DNA from: Acidobacteriota bacterium
GTDB taxonomy: Bacteria > Acidobacteriota > Terriglobia > Terriglobales > Acidobacteriaceae
Length of the DNA: 64,000 bases
NCBI GenBank assembly: GCA_021780075.1
Contig: JAJXZL010000024.1
Coordinates: 3,975-67,974, forward strand
Direction of reading: 5' to 3'
A model generated the notes under the pieces. The model did not search any database, had not been told where the DNA came from, and saw only the letters and a list, made by a program, of their open reading frames with translations. Of this stretch, positions 9,984 to 22,982 are shown in pieces. Position numbers and translations under genes: made by a program. The stretch's first letter is position 1; each line of letters starts with the position of its first letter.

Positions 9984-10202
9984 TTGTCCAAGGAAGACGC
10001 GATTGAGGTGATGGCGACGGTCATTGAGACGTTGCCGAACGCCATGTTCAAGGTCAAGCTCGAGAACAATCACGAGGTCCTGACCCATGTCTCAGGAAGG
10101 ATGCGCAAGAACTTTATCCGCATCCTGCCCGGCGACCGCGTGGCCGTGGAGCTGAGCCCCTACGACCTGAATCGCGGACGAATTGTGTACCGCTACAAGT
10201 AA
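9984..10202 (+). CDS. infA: Translation initiation factor IF-1
   Basis: [71 protein letters not shown]. Most likely a TTG start at 9984, giving the usual 72 aa. The in-frame ATG at 9948 is an alternative. Confidence 0.9.
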   Translation: MSKEDAIEVMATVIETLPNAMFKVKLENNHEVLTHVSGRMRKNFIRILPGDRVAVELSPYDLNRGRIVYRYK

Positions 10203-10254
10203 GTTTTTTTGATAAGCCGCGCCTGTGTTTCCTGCGCGGAGAAGGGCAGTAAGA

Positions 10255-10368
10255 ATGAAGGTCCGTGCATCGGTCAAGAAGATTTGCGTCAAGTGCAAGG
10301 TCATCAATCGCCGCGGTGTGGTGCGGGTGATCTGCGAGAACGCAAAGCACAAGCAGCGCCAGGGCTAA
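10255..10368 (+). CDS. rpmJ: 50S ribosomal protein L36
   Basis: Not in the ORF track because it is under 60 aa. ATG 10255, TAA 10366-10368. Translates to [37 protein letters not shown], 37 aa with the C-C-C-H zinc motif. Confidence 0.95.
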   Translation: MKVRASVKKICVKCKVINRRGVVRVICENAKHKQRQG

Positions 10369-10524
10369 CCATCGCTCCGGCATCCGCGAAACCCTCCAAT
10401 GCCAGTACGGCAAGGGGCTAGTTAGCTTGAGTCAAGGCTAGCGATGAACCCCGGAGGAACCGCATAACCCGTGCGAGCCGGCCAAGGCCGGAGGCACACA
10501 ACCCGAAGCAGCAAAGGAATCAGA

Positions 10525-10911
10525 ATGGCACGTATTGCTGGCGTCGATCTGCCCCGCAACAAGCAGGCCCGGATCGCGCTCACATACATCTTCGGGATCG
10601 GTGATCCGCGCGCCGCCAAAATTCTGGAGAAGGCGAATGTTGACCCCTTCAAGAAGATCCAGGATCTGGGCGAGGACGAGGTAAACCGCATCCGTCAGGT
10701 GATCGAGGACGAAGGCGACGTCGAGGGCGATCTGCGCAAGGATGTCTCCATGCACATCAAGCGCCTCATCGACATCCAGAGCTATCGCGGCAACCGCCAC
10801 CGGCGGTCGCTGCCGGTGCGCGGACAGCGCACCCACACCAACGCCCGCACCCGCAAAGGCCCCCGTAAGGGCACCGTGGCCGGCAAGAAGAAAGCGACGG
10901 GTAAAACCTAA
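10525..10911 (+). CDS. rpsM: 30S ribosomal protein S13
   Basis: [26 protein letters not shown], the canonical S13 start. The ORF-track start at 10471 is trimmed. AAAGGAAT upstream. Confidence 0.96.
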   Translation: MARIAGVDLPRNKQARIALTYIFGIGDPRAAKILEKANVDPFKKIQDLGEDEVNRIRQVIEDEGDVEGDLRKDVSMHIKRLIDIQSYRGNRHRRSLPVRGQRTHTNARTRKGPRKGTVAGKKKATGKT

Positions 10912-11334
10912 ATGGCGAAACCAGAGCAAAAGGCCGGAGCCGGCAAGGCTGGCAAGAACAAGAAGTTCAAGAAGCGCGAGCGCAAGAATGTGCCATTCGG
11001 CATTGCGCACATTCAGGCATCGTTCAACAACACCATCGTCACCATCACCGACCAGGTGGGCAATACGCTGAGCTGGAAGAGCTCGGGCTCGCTGGGCTTC
11101 CGCGGTTCGCGCAAGGGCACGCCCTTCGCGGCCCAGCAGGCTGCGTCCAACGCCGCCGGCATGGCTCGCGATCACGGCCTGCGCGCCGTCGATGTCCGCG
11201 TTGCGGGACCGGGTTCGGGCCGCGAGTCGGCCATCCGCGCCCTGGCTGCCGCTGGCATTGAGGTGCGCTCCATCCGCGACGTCACGCCGGTGCCGCACAA
11301 CGGCTGCCGTCCGCCGAAGCGCCGCAGGGTGTAA
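10912..11334 (+). CDS. rpsK: 30S ribosomal protein S11
   Basis: [46 protein letters not shown]...[18 protein letters not shown]. Confidence 0.97.
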   Translation: MAKPEQKAGAGKAGKNKKFKKRERKNVPFGIAHIQASFNNTIVTITDQVGNTLSWKSSGSLGFRGSRKGTPFAAQQAASNAAGMARDHGLRAVDVRVAGPGSGRESAIRALAAAGIEVRSIRDVTPVPHNGCRPPKRRRV

Positions 11335-11336
11335 GA

Positions 11337-11403
11337 ACAGGGAACCGGGGTCAGGGATCAGTCAGAGCGTTCTGGCATTCGAACCTTCAACTGATCCCGG
11401 ACC
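11337..11403 (+). repeat. Heptad-periodic array plus 14-bp imperfect hairpin in the rpsK-rpsD spacer
   Basis: ACAG/ACCG/TCAG/TCAG at 11337, 11344, 11351 and 11358, starting 3 nt after the rpsK stop. 11349-11362 pairs with 11390-11403 at 13 of 14 positions. It shares the 11-mer TCAGGGATCAG with the mreB-mreC element. Confidence 0.75.
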
Positions 11404-11481
11404 TCTGACAACAGCAACAGGGCCGGGAGGAAATGTCCTCTGGACACGTAAACCGGCCGTCATCCGAAGTCAGGAGAAGAA

Positions 11482-12111
11482 ATGGCTCGTTATACCGGAG
11501 CAGTCTGCCGCCTTTGCCGTCGCGAAGGCACCAAGCTTTTTTTGAAAGGCAACAAGTGCACCTCTGAGCGCTGCCCGCTGGAGAAGCGCAACTTCGCGCC
11601 CGGCCAGCACGGCAAGGATCGCAAGGCCAAGATCGTGGGCTACGGCCTGCAGCTGCACGAGAAGCAGAAGGCCAAGCGCATCTACTTCACGCTCGAGGGG
11701 CAGTTCCGCCAGTACTACGAAAAAGCGAACCGCGCCACCGGCGTCACCGGCGAACTGCTCATTCAGCAGCTTGAGCGCCGCCTGGACAACGTGGCTTTCC
11801 GCCTGGGCTTTGCCATCTCGCGCCGCCAGGCTCGCCAGGTCGTCCGTCACGGCCATGTCACCGTCAACGGGCGCAAGGTCAACATTCCTTCCTACCAGGT
11901 GAACGTGGGCGATGAAATCGCCATCCGCGAGAGCGCCAAGAAGCTCGTCATCGTGGAGCAGGCAGCGCAGTACGCCGCGCAAAACCCCGTGCCCGCCTGG
12001 CTTGAAGCCAGTTTTGAGAACCTTTCCGGCCGTGTGCTCTCGCTGCCCAAGCGCAAGGATGTTTCCCTGCCAATCAACGAGCAGCTCATCGTCGAACTTT
12101 ACTCGAAGTAA
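11482..12111 (+). CDS. rpsD: 30S ribosomal protein S4
   Basis: [26 protein letters not shown]..., an S4 N-terminal Cys cluster plus the S4 RNA-binding domain. Confidence 0.96.
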   Translation: MARYTGAVCRLCRREGTKLFLKGNKCTSERCPLEKRNFAPGQHGKDRKAKIVGYGLQLHEKQKAKRIYFTLEGQFRQYYEKANRATGVTGELLIQQLERRLDNVAFRLGFAISRRQARQVVRHGHVTVNGRKVNIPSYQVNVGDEIAIRESAKKLVIVEQAAQYAAQNPVPAWLEASFENLSGRVLSLPKRKDVSLPINEQLIVELYSK

Positions 12112-12226
12112 GCACCACCGGGCAGCCTGGCAACGGGCTGCCCGCAAATTCAAACGAAGGAGAACTTGCGCGGCCGCCGCAAAATGCATCGCGACGTACA
12201 TGCCGCGCGGGAAACGAGAGACAGAT

Positions 12227-13321
12227 ATGCTTTGGAGAGGATTTCAAAAACCGAAGCGCCTGGCAGTCGATGCCGAGACGCTCACCGAAACATACGGCAA
12301 GTTCAGCGCACAGCCTTTTGAGCGCGGCTTTGGCACCACCATCGGCAACGCCCTGCGCCGCACCCTGCTCAGTTCCATCGAGGGCGCCGCGGTCACCGCG
12401 ATCCGCATCGAGGGCGTGCTCCACGAGTTCCAGTCGATCCCCGGCGTGGTCGAGGATGCCACCGACATCATCCTGAATCTCAAGCAGGTTCCCTTCAAGC
12501 TCAACGGCGAGGGCCCAAAGGCGCTGTATCTGCGCGCCGACCAGCCCGGCGTCATCACCTCCGGCATGATTGAAGCCGACGGCGACGTCGAGATCCTGGA
12601 CAAGAACGTCTACATCGCCACCGTCTCTGAGGGCGGCAGGCTTGAGATGGAAATGCGCCTCAAGCGTGGGCGCGGCTACATCTCCGCCGACAAGAATTAC
12701 GACTCCGATCTCGGCCTGGGCTTCATTCCCGTGGACTCGGTCCACTCGCCCGTGCGCCGCGTCAACTATGTGGTGGAAGCCGCCCGCCTGGGCCAGATCA
12801 CCGATTACGACAAGCTCACCCTCGAAGTGTGGACCAACGGTGCCGTGCTGCCCGCCGATGCCGTCGGCCTGGCCGCCAAGCTGCTCAAGGACCACATGAA
12901 TATCTTCATCAATTTCGAGGAAGAAATTGAAGCCGAGGCACGCGGCGAAGAAGGCCGCACCCTGCTGCGCAATGACAATCTGAATCGCTCGGTGGAAGAG
13001 CTGGAGCTTTCAGTCCGCAGTTACAACTGCCTCAAGAATGCCAATATTCAGTCCATCGGCGAACTTGTGCAGAAGACTGAAGCCGAGATGCTCAAGACCA
13101 AGAACTTTGGCCGCAAGAGCCTGAACGAGATCAAGGAAATCCTCGCGCAGATGGGCCTCTCGCTGGGCATGAAGATTGACGAAAACGGCAATGCGGTTCC
13201 CGGGCCGACGAGCATTCCCCCGGCCACCGCCCTGGCCGCCAACTACAGCCACTTCGACGACGAAGACGAGCCGCTGGATTCGGTTGATCTCCAGTTGCCC
13301 ACTGAGACTGAGAACTTCTAG
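12227..13321 (+). CDS. rpoA: DNA-directed RNA polymerase subunit alpha
   Basis: [15 protein letters not shown]...[24 protein letters not shown], and a C-terminal domain with [24 protein letters not shown]. The ORF-track start at 11912 overlaps rpsD and is trimmed to the ATG at 12227. Confidence 0.96.
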   Translation: MLWRGFQKPKRLAVDAETLTETYGKFSAQPFERGFGTTIGNALRRTLLSSIEGAAVTAIRIEGVLHEFQSIPGVVEDATDIILNLKQVPFKLNGEGPKALYLRADQPGVITSGMIEADGDVEILDKNVYIATVSEGGRLEMEMRLKRGRGYISADKNYDSDLGLGFIPVDSVHSPVRRVNYVVEAARLGQITDYDKLTLEVWTNGAVLPADAVGLAAKLLKDHMNIFINFEEEIEAEARGEEGRTLLRNDNLNRSVEELELSVRSYNCLKNANIQSIGELVQKTEAEMLKTKNFGRKSLNEIKEILAQMGLSLGMKIDENGNAVPGPTSIPPATALAANYSHFDDEDEPLDSVDLQLPTETENF

Positions 13322-13435
13322 GTCTCGTCGCCGCAGAGAGTACGCGATTTTTTTGGATGTCCGCCGGTTGCCCGCGTTTCCACACTGAGACGCGGAAAGC
13401 CCCGCAAGAGATTATTCGGGAAAGAGAGTTTCACC

Positions 13436-13909
13436 ATGCGCCATCGCAATGCAGGATTCAAGCTCGGACGCAACACCAGTCACCGCCGCGCGCTGCTGCG
13501 GAATCTGGTCACGTCCGTCCTTGTGGAAGATCGTGTGGAGACCACCGTGGCCAAGGCCAAAGCCGTCCGTCCGCACGTTGAAAAGATGATCACCCTGGGA
13601 AAAAAGGGCGATCTGCACTCGCGCCGTCAGGCGCTCAGCTTCCTCATGACCGACGCGGTTGTGGAGCGGCTGTTTGAAACCGTGGCTCCGCGCTACGGCG
13701 ATCGCCAGGGCGGATACTTGCGCATCGTCCGCACCGGCTTCCAGAAGGGCGACGGCGCCGAGAAGGCGTTCATCGAGCTGCTGGGCGCCGAGAAGCAACT
13801 GGACGAGAAGCGCCAGAAGCGCGCCGACATCAAGGCCAAGAAGCGCGCCGAACTGGAAAAGCAGATGGAAGAGTCAAAGAAGGAAGAAGGCGGCGAAGAG
13901 GCCGCGTAA
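13436..13909 (+). CDS. rplQ: 50S ribosomal protein L17
   Basis: MRHRNAGFKLGRNTSHRRALLRNLVTSVL..., with a Lys/Glu-rich C-terminal tail. Confidence 0.96.
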   Translation: MRHRNAGFKLGRNTSHRRALLRNLVTSVLVEDRVETTVAKAKAVRPHVEKMITLGKKGDLHSRRQALSFLMTDAVVERLFETVAPRYGDRQGGYLRIVRTGFQKGDGAEKAFIELLGAEKQLDEKRQKRADIKAKKRAELEKQMEESKKEEGGEEAA

Positions 13910-13957
13910 AGCGGTCCGGCTTCGGCCGTTTTTTACCCCTTTTTCTGAAGGTCGCAC

Positions 13958-13996
13958 GGGCGCATCTCCACGCGGGATGCGCCCGTGTTTGTTTGC
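13958..13996 (+). terminator. Intrinsic terminator candidate at the end of the alpha operon
   Basis: GGGCGCATC (13958-13966) and GATGCGCCC (13976-13984) form a perfect 9-bp stem with a 9-nt loop, followed by GTGTTTGTTTG. A weaker hairpin plus T6 lies just upstream at about 13912-13936. Confidence 0.7.
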
Positions 13997-14035
13997 AGTT
14001 CTGTGAGCAATGATTGCGCGAGAGCGCAGATGCGC

Positions 14036-14530
14036 TTACGCCTCTCTCGCCAGCTTCTTCGGCCTGAATATCCGCAGAATGATGTAGACCACGAGTTGCA
14101 GCGTGATCGCGCCGCTGCAATCCAGCAGCACATCCCAGGGCGAGCCCGTGCGGCTGGGCAGGAAGCTTTGGTGGAACTCATCCGAACTGGCCACCAGCCC
14201 GCATCCAAGCACGGCCAGCAGCGCATCCACAACAAAGCGCGAGTGCGGCAGCGAGAGCCACCATGCACGCAGCCATAGCAGGCCAAACACGCCGTAGCCT
14301 AAAAAGTGCCCCGTCTTCCGCATGTAGAAGTGGATGATGTGCCACCGCACATCGTTGACCGGCCCGCAGAATGTCTCGTACAGCCACCGAAATGGTCCGT
14401 TGGTATGTTCCGCGCTGAATAGGCTGGACGACGTGGATGCAATCAACGCCGTGCCAATCAGGACCGGCAGCCAGGCGTTGAGCAAGCTCGTCTGCGTCTG
14501 CGTCTGTTTCTGAACGGTTTCAGAGTGCAA
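14036..14530 (-). CDS. VanZ-like family membrane protein
   Basis: 164-aa multi-TM ORF with SSDEFHQSFLPSRTGSPWDVLLDCSGA, resembling the VanZ DExHQ...R...D motif. Confidence 0.7.
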   Translation of the reverse strand: MHSETVQKQTQTQTSLLNAWLPVLIGTALIASTSSSLFSAEHTNGPFRWLYETFCGPVNDVRWHIIHFYMRKTGHFLGYGVFGLLWLRAWWLSLPHSRFVVDALLAVLGCGLVASSDEFHQSFLPSRTGSPWDVLLDCSGAITLQLVVYIILRIFRPKKLAREA

Positions 14531-14620
14531 GCGGTAGAGCCTTTCGTGTGGAGTGCGGATGGCTCCACTCTGTGATCCTGCAGCAACGCTGTGCCGCTTG
14601 AGCCGTCGGAATGCCAGCGG

Positions 14621-16201
<1,581 letters not shown>

Positions 16202-16423
16202 TCACCTATTGTAGCGGAGAGCCAAGGGCGATACATTCTGTCCGAGGAATGCCCGGAAAACCCGATATCCTGAATCATTCGCTCGTGCCAATGCGGAGCC
16301 GTTTCAGATCAGGCGTCAACGGCAGCGGCCTTGCCGCACTCAGCACGGAGGAGATACCGTCGCTTTGCAGAGCCAACTCCCCTCCATGCAACGGATATCG
16401 GCAATCCAAACATGAACCATGAA

Positions 16424-17290
16424 TCAATCGCTGATGGCCGCCTTGTGTATCGCCAGCAGCCGCTCCAGCAGCGGCTTCAGCAGCTTCAGGTCCAGTGCAT
16501 TCGCGCCATCGGACTTCGCGTTCGCCGGGTCGTCGTGCACCTCCAAGAACAGCCCATCCACGCCCGCCGCCACCGCCGCGCGCGCCAGCACCGGGATAAA
16601 CTCCGGCTGGCCGCCGCTCACGCCGCCTGCCGCCGAGGGCTGCTGCACGCTGTGTGTGCCGTCAAACACCACGGGGGCCATTGTGCGCATCACCGGCAGG
16701 CCGCGCATGTCCACCACCAGCGTGTTGTAGCCAAAGCTTGCGCCGCGCTCCGTAAGGAACACGCGCTCATTGCCCGTGGAGCGCACCTTTTCGACTGGAT
16801 GCACCATGTCCCACGGCGCCACAAACTGCCCCTTCTTGATGTTGACGGCGCGCCCCGTCTTGCCCGCCGCCACCAGCAGGTCCGTCTGGCGGCACAGGAA
16901 CGCTGGAATCTGCAGCACGTCTACGGCCTCGGCTGCCACTTCGCAATGGCCGGGCTCGTGTACATCGGTCAGCACGGGCAAGCCGGTGTCCTTCGCCAGC
17001 CGCCCCAGAATGGCCGTGCCTTCCTTCAACCCAGGCCCGCGAAAACTCTTCACGCTGGTGCGATTTGCCTTGTCGTAACTGGCCTTGAAAATATAGGGAA
17101 TCCCAAGGTCGCTGGTGATGCGCTGGATGGCCTCGGCCATGCGGCGCACGTGCGCTTCGGACTCAATCACGCACGGTCCGGCGATAAGAAAAAGCTGGCC
17201 CGCGCCAACGTGCACGGGGCCAATTTCAAATGAGTGGCTCACGAGGGCGATTCTATCGCGCCGGGCCGTCACTCTGTACGATTCGAGCAC
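16424..17290 (-). CDS. kdsA: 3-deoxy-8-phosphooctulonate (KDO-8-P) synthase
   Basis: FLIAGPCVIESE..., YIFKASYDKANRTS..., TDVHE, LQIPAFLCRQTDL, THSVQ: the KdsA family pattern. Confidence 0.93.
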   Translation of the reverse strand: MLESYRVTARRDRIALVSHSFEIGPVHVGAGQLFLIAGPCVIESEAHVRRMAEAIQRITSDLGIPYIFKASYDKANRTSVKSFRGPGLKEGTAILGRLAKDTGLPVLTDVHEPGHCEVAAEAVDVLQIPAFLCRQTDLLVAAGKTGRAVNIKKGQFVAPWDMVHPVEKVRSTGNERVFLTERGASFGYNTLVVDMRGLPVMRTMAPVVFDGTHSVQQPSAAGGVSGGQPEFIPVLARAAVAAGVDGLFLEVHDDPANAKSDGANALDLKLLKPLLERLLAIHKAAISD

Positions 17291-17344
17291 AGTCCGGGCA
17301 CCGCCGGCGAGAAGCCCGGCCGCGATCGCTCCGCCTCGCCAGCG

Positions 17345-17908
17345 TTACCTGATCGGCTCGCCATGCGTGCGCGACCACTCCCACAGCGCCCGCTCCAGCG
17401 CATGAAGGTTTGTCGGGCCGGGCAGGTCCTTCTGCGCCTTCACCAGGCCGCTCTGCGCCAGCTTCTGGCAACTGGCCACGTACTCGGCATAAAAGTCGAT
17501 GTTGTGCCGTGCGTGACCCAGCGCCTCAAGAGTGCGAAAATCCAGCACTGCGTAGCGCTCGGGAAAGATTGCCGTCAGAATCGCCGAGGCGATGGGCAGG
17601 TCAATGCCATGCAGCGTGGTCAGTGCGCCAATTGCCTCGCGCACTGAAGAGTCGGGTGAGGCGGCTACCGCAAGCGCGTGCCTGATCTTCTCCCCGCTGT
17701 TCGCAATCAGATAATGCACCACCCGCTCCGACTTCCAGCGAACTATAGCTTCCAGGTTGGCCAGCGTGTACTCCCCATGGCGGATAGCCACTCCGGCCTC
17801 GAATGCCTCCTCCTCCAATTGCTTTTCCTTTTCGCCCGCCTGTTTCCAGTACTGCTCTGCCAATTCCTGCAGTTCCCCTTGCTGGGGCTGAAGATCAAAA
17901 TGAGACAT
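17345..17908 (-). CDS. Hypothetical protein with a helix-hairpin-helix-like segment
   Basis: 187-aa ORF with ordinary (not GC-artefact-like) composition. LTTLHGIDLPIASAILTAIFPERYAVLDFR resembles the HhH element of OGG/HhH-GPD-fold proteins. I did not recognise a confident family. Confidence 0.6.
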   Translation of the reverse strand: MSHFDLQPQQGELQELAEQYWKQAGEKEKQLEEEAFEAGVAIRHGEYTLANLEAIVRWKSERVVHYLIANSGEKIRHALAVAASPDSSVREAIGALTTLHGIDLPIASAILTAIFPERYAVLDFRTLEALGHARHNIDFYAEYVASCQKLAQSGLVKAQKDLPGPTNLHALERALWEWSRTHGEPIR

Positions 17909-18115
17909 GACACCGGATCCTTTCCTTCTTCTGGGAAAAACCTAGACACAATAGGCCCGGTAAATTTCGTTTGTCAAGAGCAAGGCAGGGGCCGCCTGCA
18001 CGGATTGGCAGGACCGCGTCGGGGGGATGAGTTGGGGAAATTGGACGGGCTTGCTGGTCCCCGGCCGTATTCCGGCCGGAGCTATGCCCAGAGCACCTGG
18101 TCGTGTGAACGGACC

Positions 18116-20632
<2,517 letters not shown>

Positions 20633-20944
20633 CGCCGCGGCATCGCCCCCCGCCGCTTGCCCCAGCCGCTCGCGCACGATATTCACCTACTTGCTCATTA
20701 CCTCACCCATCTTTGCAAAAAGAGCCCCCCAGTTAGCACACGATAAAACTTGGCAAAGCTTCGCCATCGCTCTGCGAAACCAGGAAGGGGGGATCCTTCC
20801 GGGGTTAAGGATATTTGTGCTTTTCCACTTCACTCTTGATGTGAGTTACGCCCAGCGTGAAACAATCGGCGAATGCTACAATCCTCGCCAACCAGATAAC
20901 AAGAGTGATACAACGCTCGCCGGAAGGCAGAAGGAATCGTAAAA

Positions 20945-21403
20945 GTGAACCAACCTGCTCGAACCATGCGCATCATGAAATTCAGTTTCTTTGTGGCGGG
21001 ACTCTTGTTTCTCTACGTCGCCGTCAAGGTTCCGGCCAATTCGCCGGCGCATGTTGCTCCTGCGTTTGAGTTCGCGATTACCGCCATGGGGCTTGCCGCT
21101 GTTGTAGCCGCATTCATGCTCCCGCGTTTTCTTGCGAATGCAGCAAAGAACAAAGCGCAAAGCTCATCCACATCTACCCCGATCCAGCAATGGTTTTCCA
21201 GAAACGTCCTCGCCCTCGCATTTCTTGAATCGTGCACTCTTTATGGAGTTGTTCTTCACTTCGTTGGCGCACGCGTTCAGTTTGTCGCAGTCCTGTTCAC
21301 CGTCGGTCTCACTTCTCTCCTGCTCTGGACACCGGAAGCTCCTCTAAGTGAGGAGGCGCAGATAACACCTCAGGACGGAATCACGCAGACGCCTCGCCCG
21401 TAA
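20945..21403 (+). CDS. Hypothetical small membrane protein
   Basis: 152-aa ORF with about four hydrophobic helices (FFVAGLLFLYVAV, AITAMGLAAVVAAFML, VLALAFLESCTLYGVVL, FVAVLFTVGLTSLLLW). No family recognised. Confidence 0.55.
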   Translation: MNQPARTMRIMKFSFFVAGLLFLYVAVKVPANSPAHVAPAFEFAITAMGLAAVVAAFMLPRFLANAAKNKAQSSSTSTPIQQWFSRNVLALAFLESCTLYGVVLHFVGARVQFVAVLFTVGLTSLLLWTPEAPLSEEAQITPQDGITQTPRP

Positions 21404-21507
21404 CAGGCGTTTGGGAAAGCTTCCCCTTCCTACCCCGCGCTGGCACGCCCATCATTTGCAGTCTCTCACCGCCCGGCCTACGATGCTCATGGAGAAGGAT
21501 CTCATCC

Positions 21508-22503
21508 ATGACACGGTCAGCCATCGAACGCCGCAAGCTGGGCCGCTCCGGCCCGTACGTCTTCCCCATCGCCCTCGGCTGCATGGGCATGAGCGGCATG
21601 TACGGCCACGCCGACGAGTCTGAGAGCATCGCCACCATACACGCCGCCATTGACGCTGGCGTCAGCCTGCTCGATACCGGCGACTTCTACGGCATGGGCC
21701 ACAATGAGATGCTTCTCGGCCGCGCCCTGCGCTTCAGCCGCGAGCGGGTGCTGCTCAGCGTCAAGTTCGGCGCGCAGCGCGGACCAGACGGCGCATGGCT
21801 CGGCTACGACGCCCGCCCCGCCGCCGTCAAAACCGCCCTCGCCTACTCCCTCAAGCGCCTCGGGACGGACTACATCGACATCTACCGTCCCGCGCGCCTC
21901 GATCCCCACGTGCCCATTGAAGACACCATTGGCGCCATCGCCGAACTCGTCCAGGCCGGCTACGTCCGCCACATCGGCCTCAGCGAGGTCGGCCCGGAGA
22001 CCATCCGCCGCGCCGCCAGTGTTCACCCCATCGTGGACCTGCAAATCGAGTACTCCCTCGTCAGCCGCAGCCCCGAGGCCAAAATCTTCCCCGTGCTGCG
22101 CGAACTGGGCATCAGCGCCACGGCCTATGGAGTGCTCTCGCGCGGCCTGCTCTCCGCATCCCAGCCCGCCGCTGCCGGAGACTTCCGCGCACGCCTGCCG
22201 CGCTTCACCGGCGAAAACCTCACCCGCAACCAGCAGCTCGTCGCCCGCCTCGCGGAAATCGCCGCCGCCCATCGCGTCTCGCCCACGCAGCTCGCCGTGG
22301 CCTGGGCGCTGGCCAAGGGCAACTTCATCGTGCCCGTGATGGGCGCGCGCACCCGCAGCCAGCTCAAGGAAAGCCTCAGCGCCCTCGACGTCAAACTCAC
22401 CCCGCAGGAGATCGCCGCCCTCGAAGAAGCCATCCCCCACCACGCCGTAGCCGGCACCCGCTACGACGAACACCAGATGAAGGTGCTGGACAGCGAGAAG
22501 TGA
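21508..22503 (+). CDS. Aldo/keto reductase family oxidoreductase
   Basis: RKLGRSG..VFPIALGCMGMSG.YG, LLDTGDFYGMGHNE, YIDIYRPARLD, HIGLSEV: the AKR pattern. Confidence 0.92.
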   Translation: MTRSAIERRKLGRSGPYVFPIALGCMGMSGMYGHADESESIATIHAAIDAGVSLLDTGDFYGMGHNEMLLGRALRFSRERVLLSVKFGAQRGPDGAWLGYDARPAAVKTALAYSLKRLGTDYIDIYRPARLDPHVPIEDTIGAIAELVQAGYVRHIGLSEVGPETIRRAASVHPIVDLQIEYSLVSRSPEAKIFPVLRELGISATAYGVLSRGLLSASQPAAAGDFRARLPRFTGENLTRNQQLVARLAEIAAAHRVSPTQLAVAWALAKGNFIVPVMGARTRSQLKESLSALDVKLTPQEIAALEEAIPHHAVAGTRYDEHQMKVLDSEK

Positions 22504-22982
22504 GAACAATCGCCTCCAGAAGCTCGCACTTTCCACACGCAATGGGTGCCCCAGGTCTCGCTTTTGAGACCTGGGATGAACAACCTCCACCCGTCTGGGA
22601 AAAGTCCAACCCACCACGACAGGCGGGAACAGGATGTAAGATGTCCGCATGACGAAGGGACTCGTCCGTTACCAGCCGGGTTGCCCCATCCTTGTCCTTC
22701 GCCCCAGCGGAGGACAGGGTGGGAACGCGAAAAATCTTCCCCGCAGTTTGCAGATCATTTCCCCCGTCTGTCGCACAATGGAAAGTGAGTTGGAACTCCG
22801 CGACCAGTTCGTGCTCAGCCTGCCCACAAAGCACTGACCACTGGACGGGTACCCCCTACCCCCCTACCCCCCCTTTTTCGATCCCCGCCTTCCAGCGGCC
22901 AGTCCCGGCAAGCCACCGCGCACAGCGAACGGCTCGCAGCCATGCGGGCTGCGAGCCTCTTAAATCGTTCTGAATCAATGCG

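Noticed and set aside
10526-10539. TGGCACGTATTGCT, resembling a sigma-54 -24/-12 promoter
   Set aside because: The GG-to-GC spacing is two nt too short, and the sequence is the rpsM start codon and first codons (ATGGCACGTATTGCT = MARIA).
20691-20942. 83-aa ORF in the lower-GC spacer upstream of the 20945 membrane protein gene
   Set aside because: There is no RBS or homology. The region looks like promoter/spacer DNA, with a small hairpin GGAAGG-N6-CCTTCC at about 20782-20799.
22546-22973. Several 60-145-aa ORFs in the 480-nt convergent spacer after the aldo/keto reductase gene
   Set aside because: They have no RBS, overlap one another, have unusual composition and resemble no family. The region is kept as non-coding, and the hairpin at 22550-22575 and the C-tract are noted separately.
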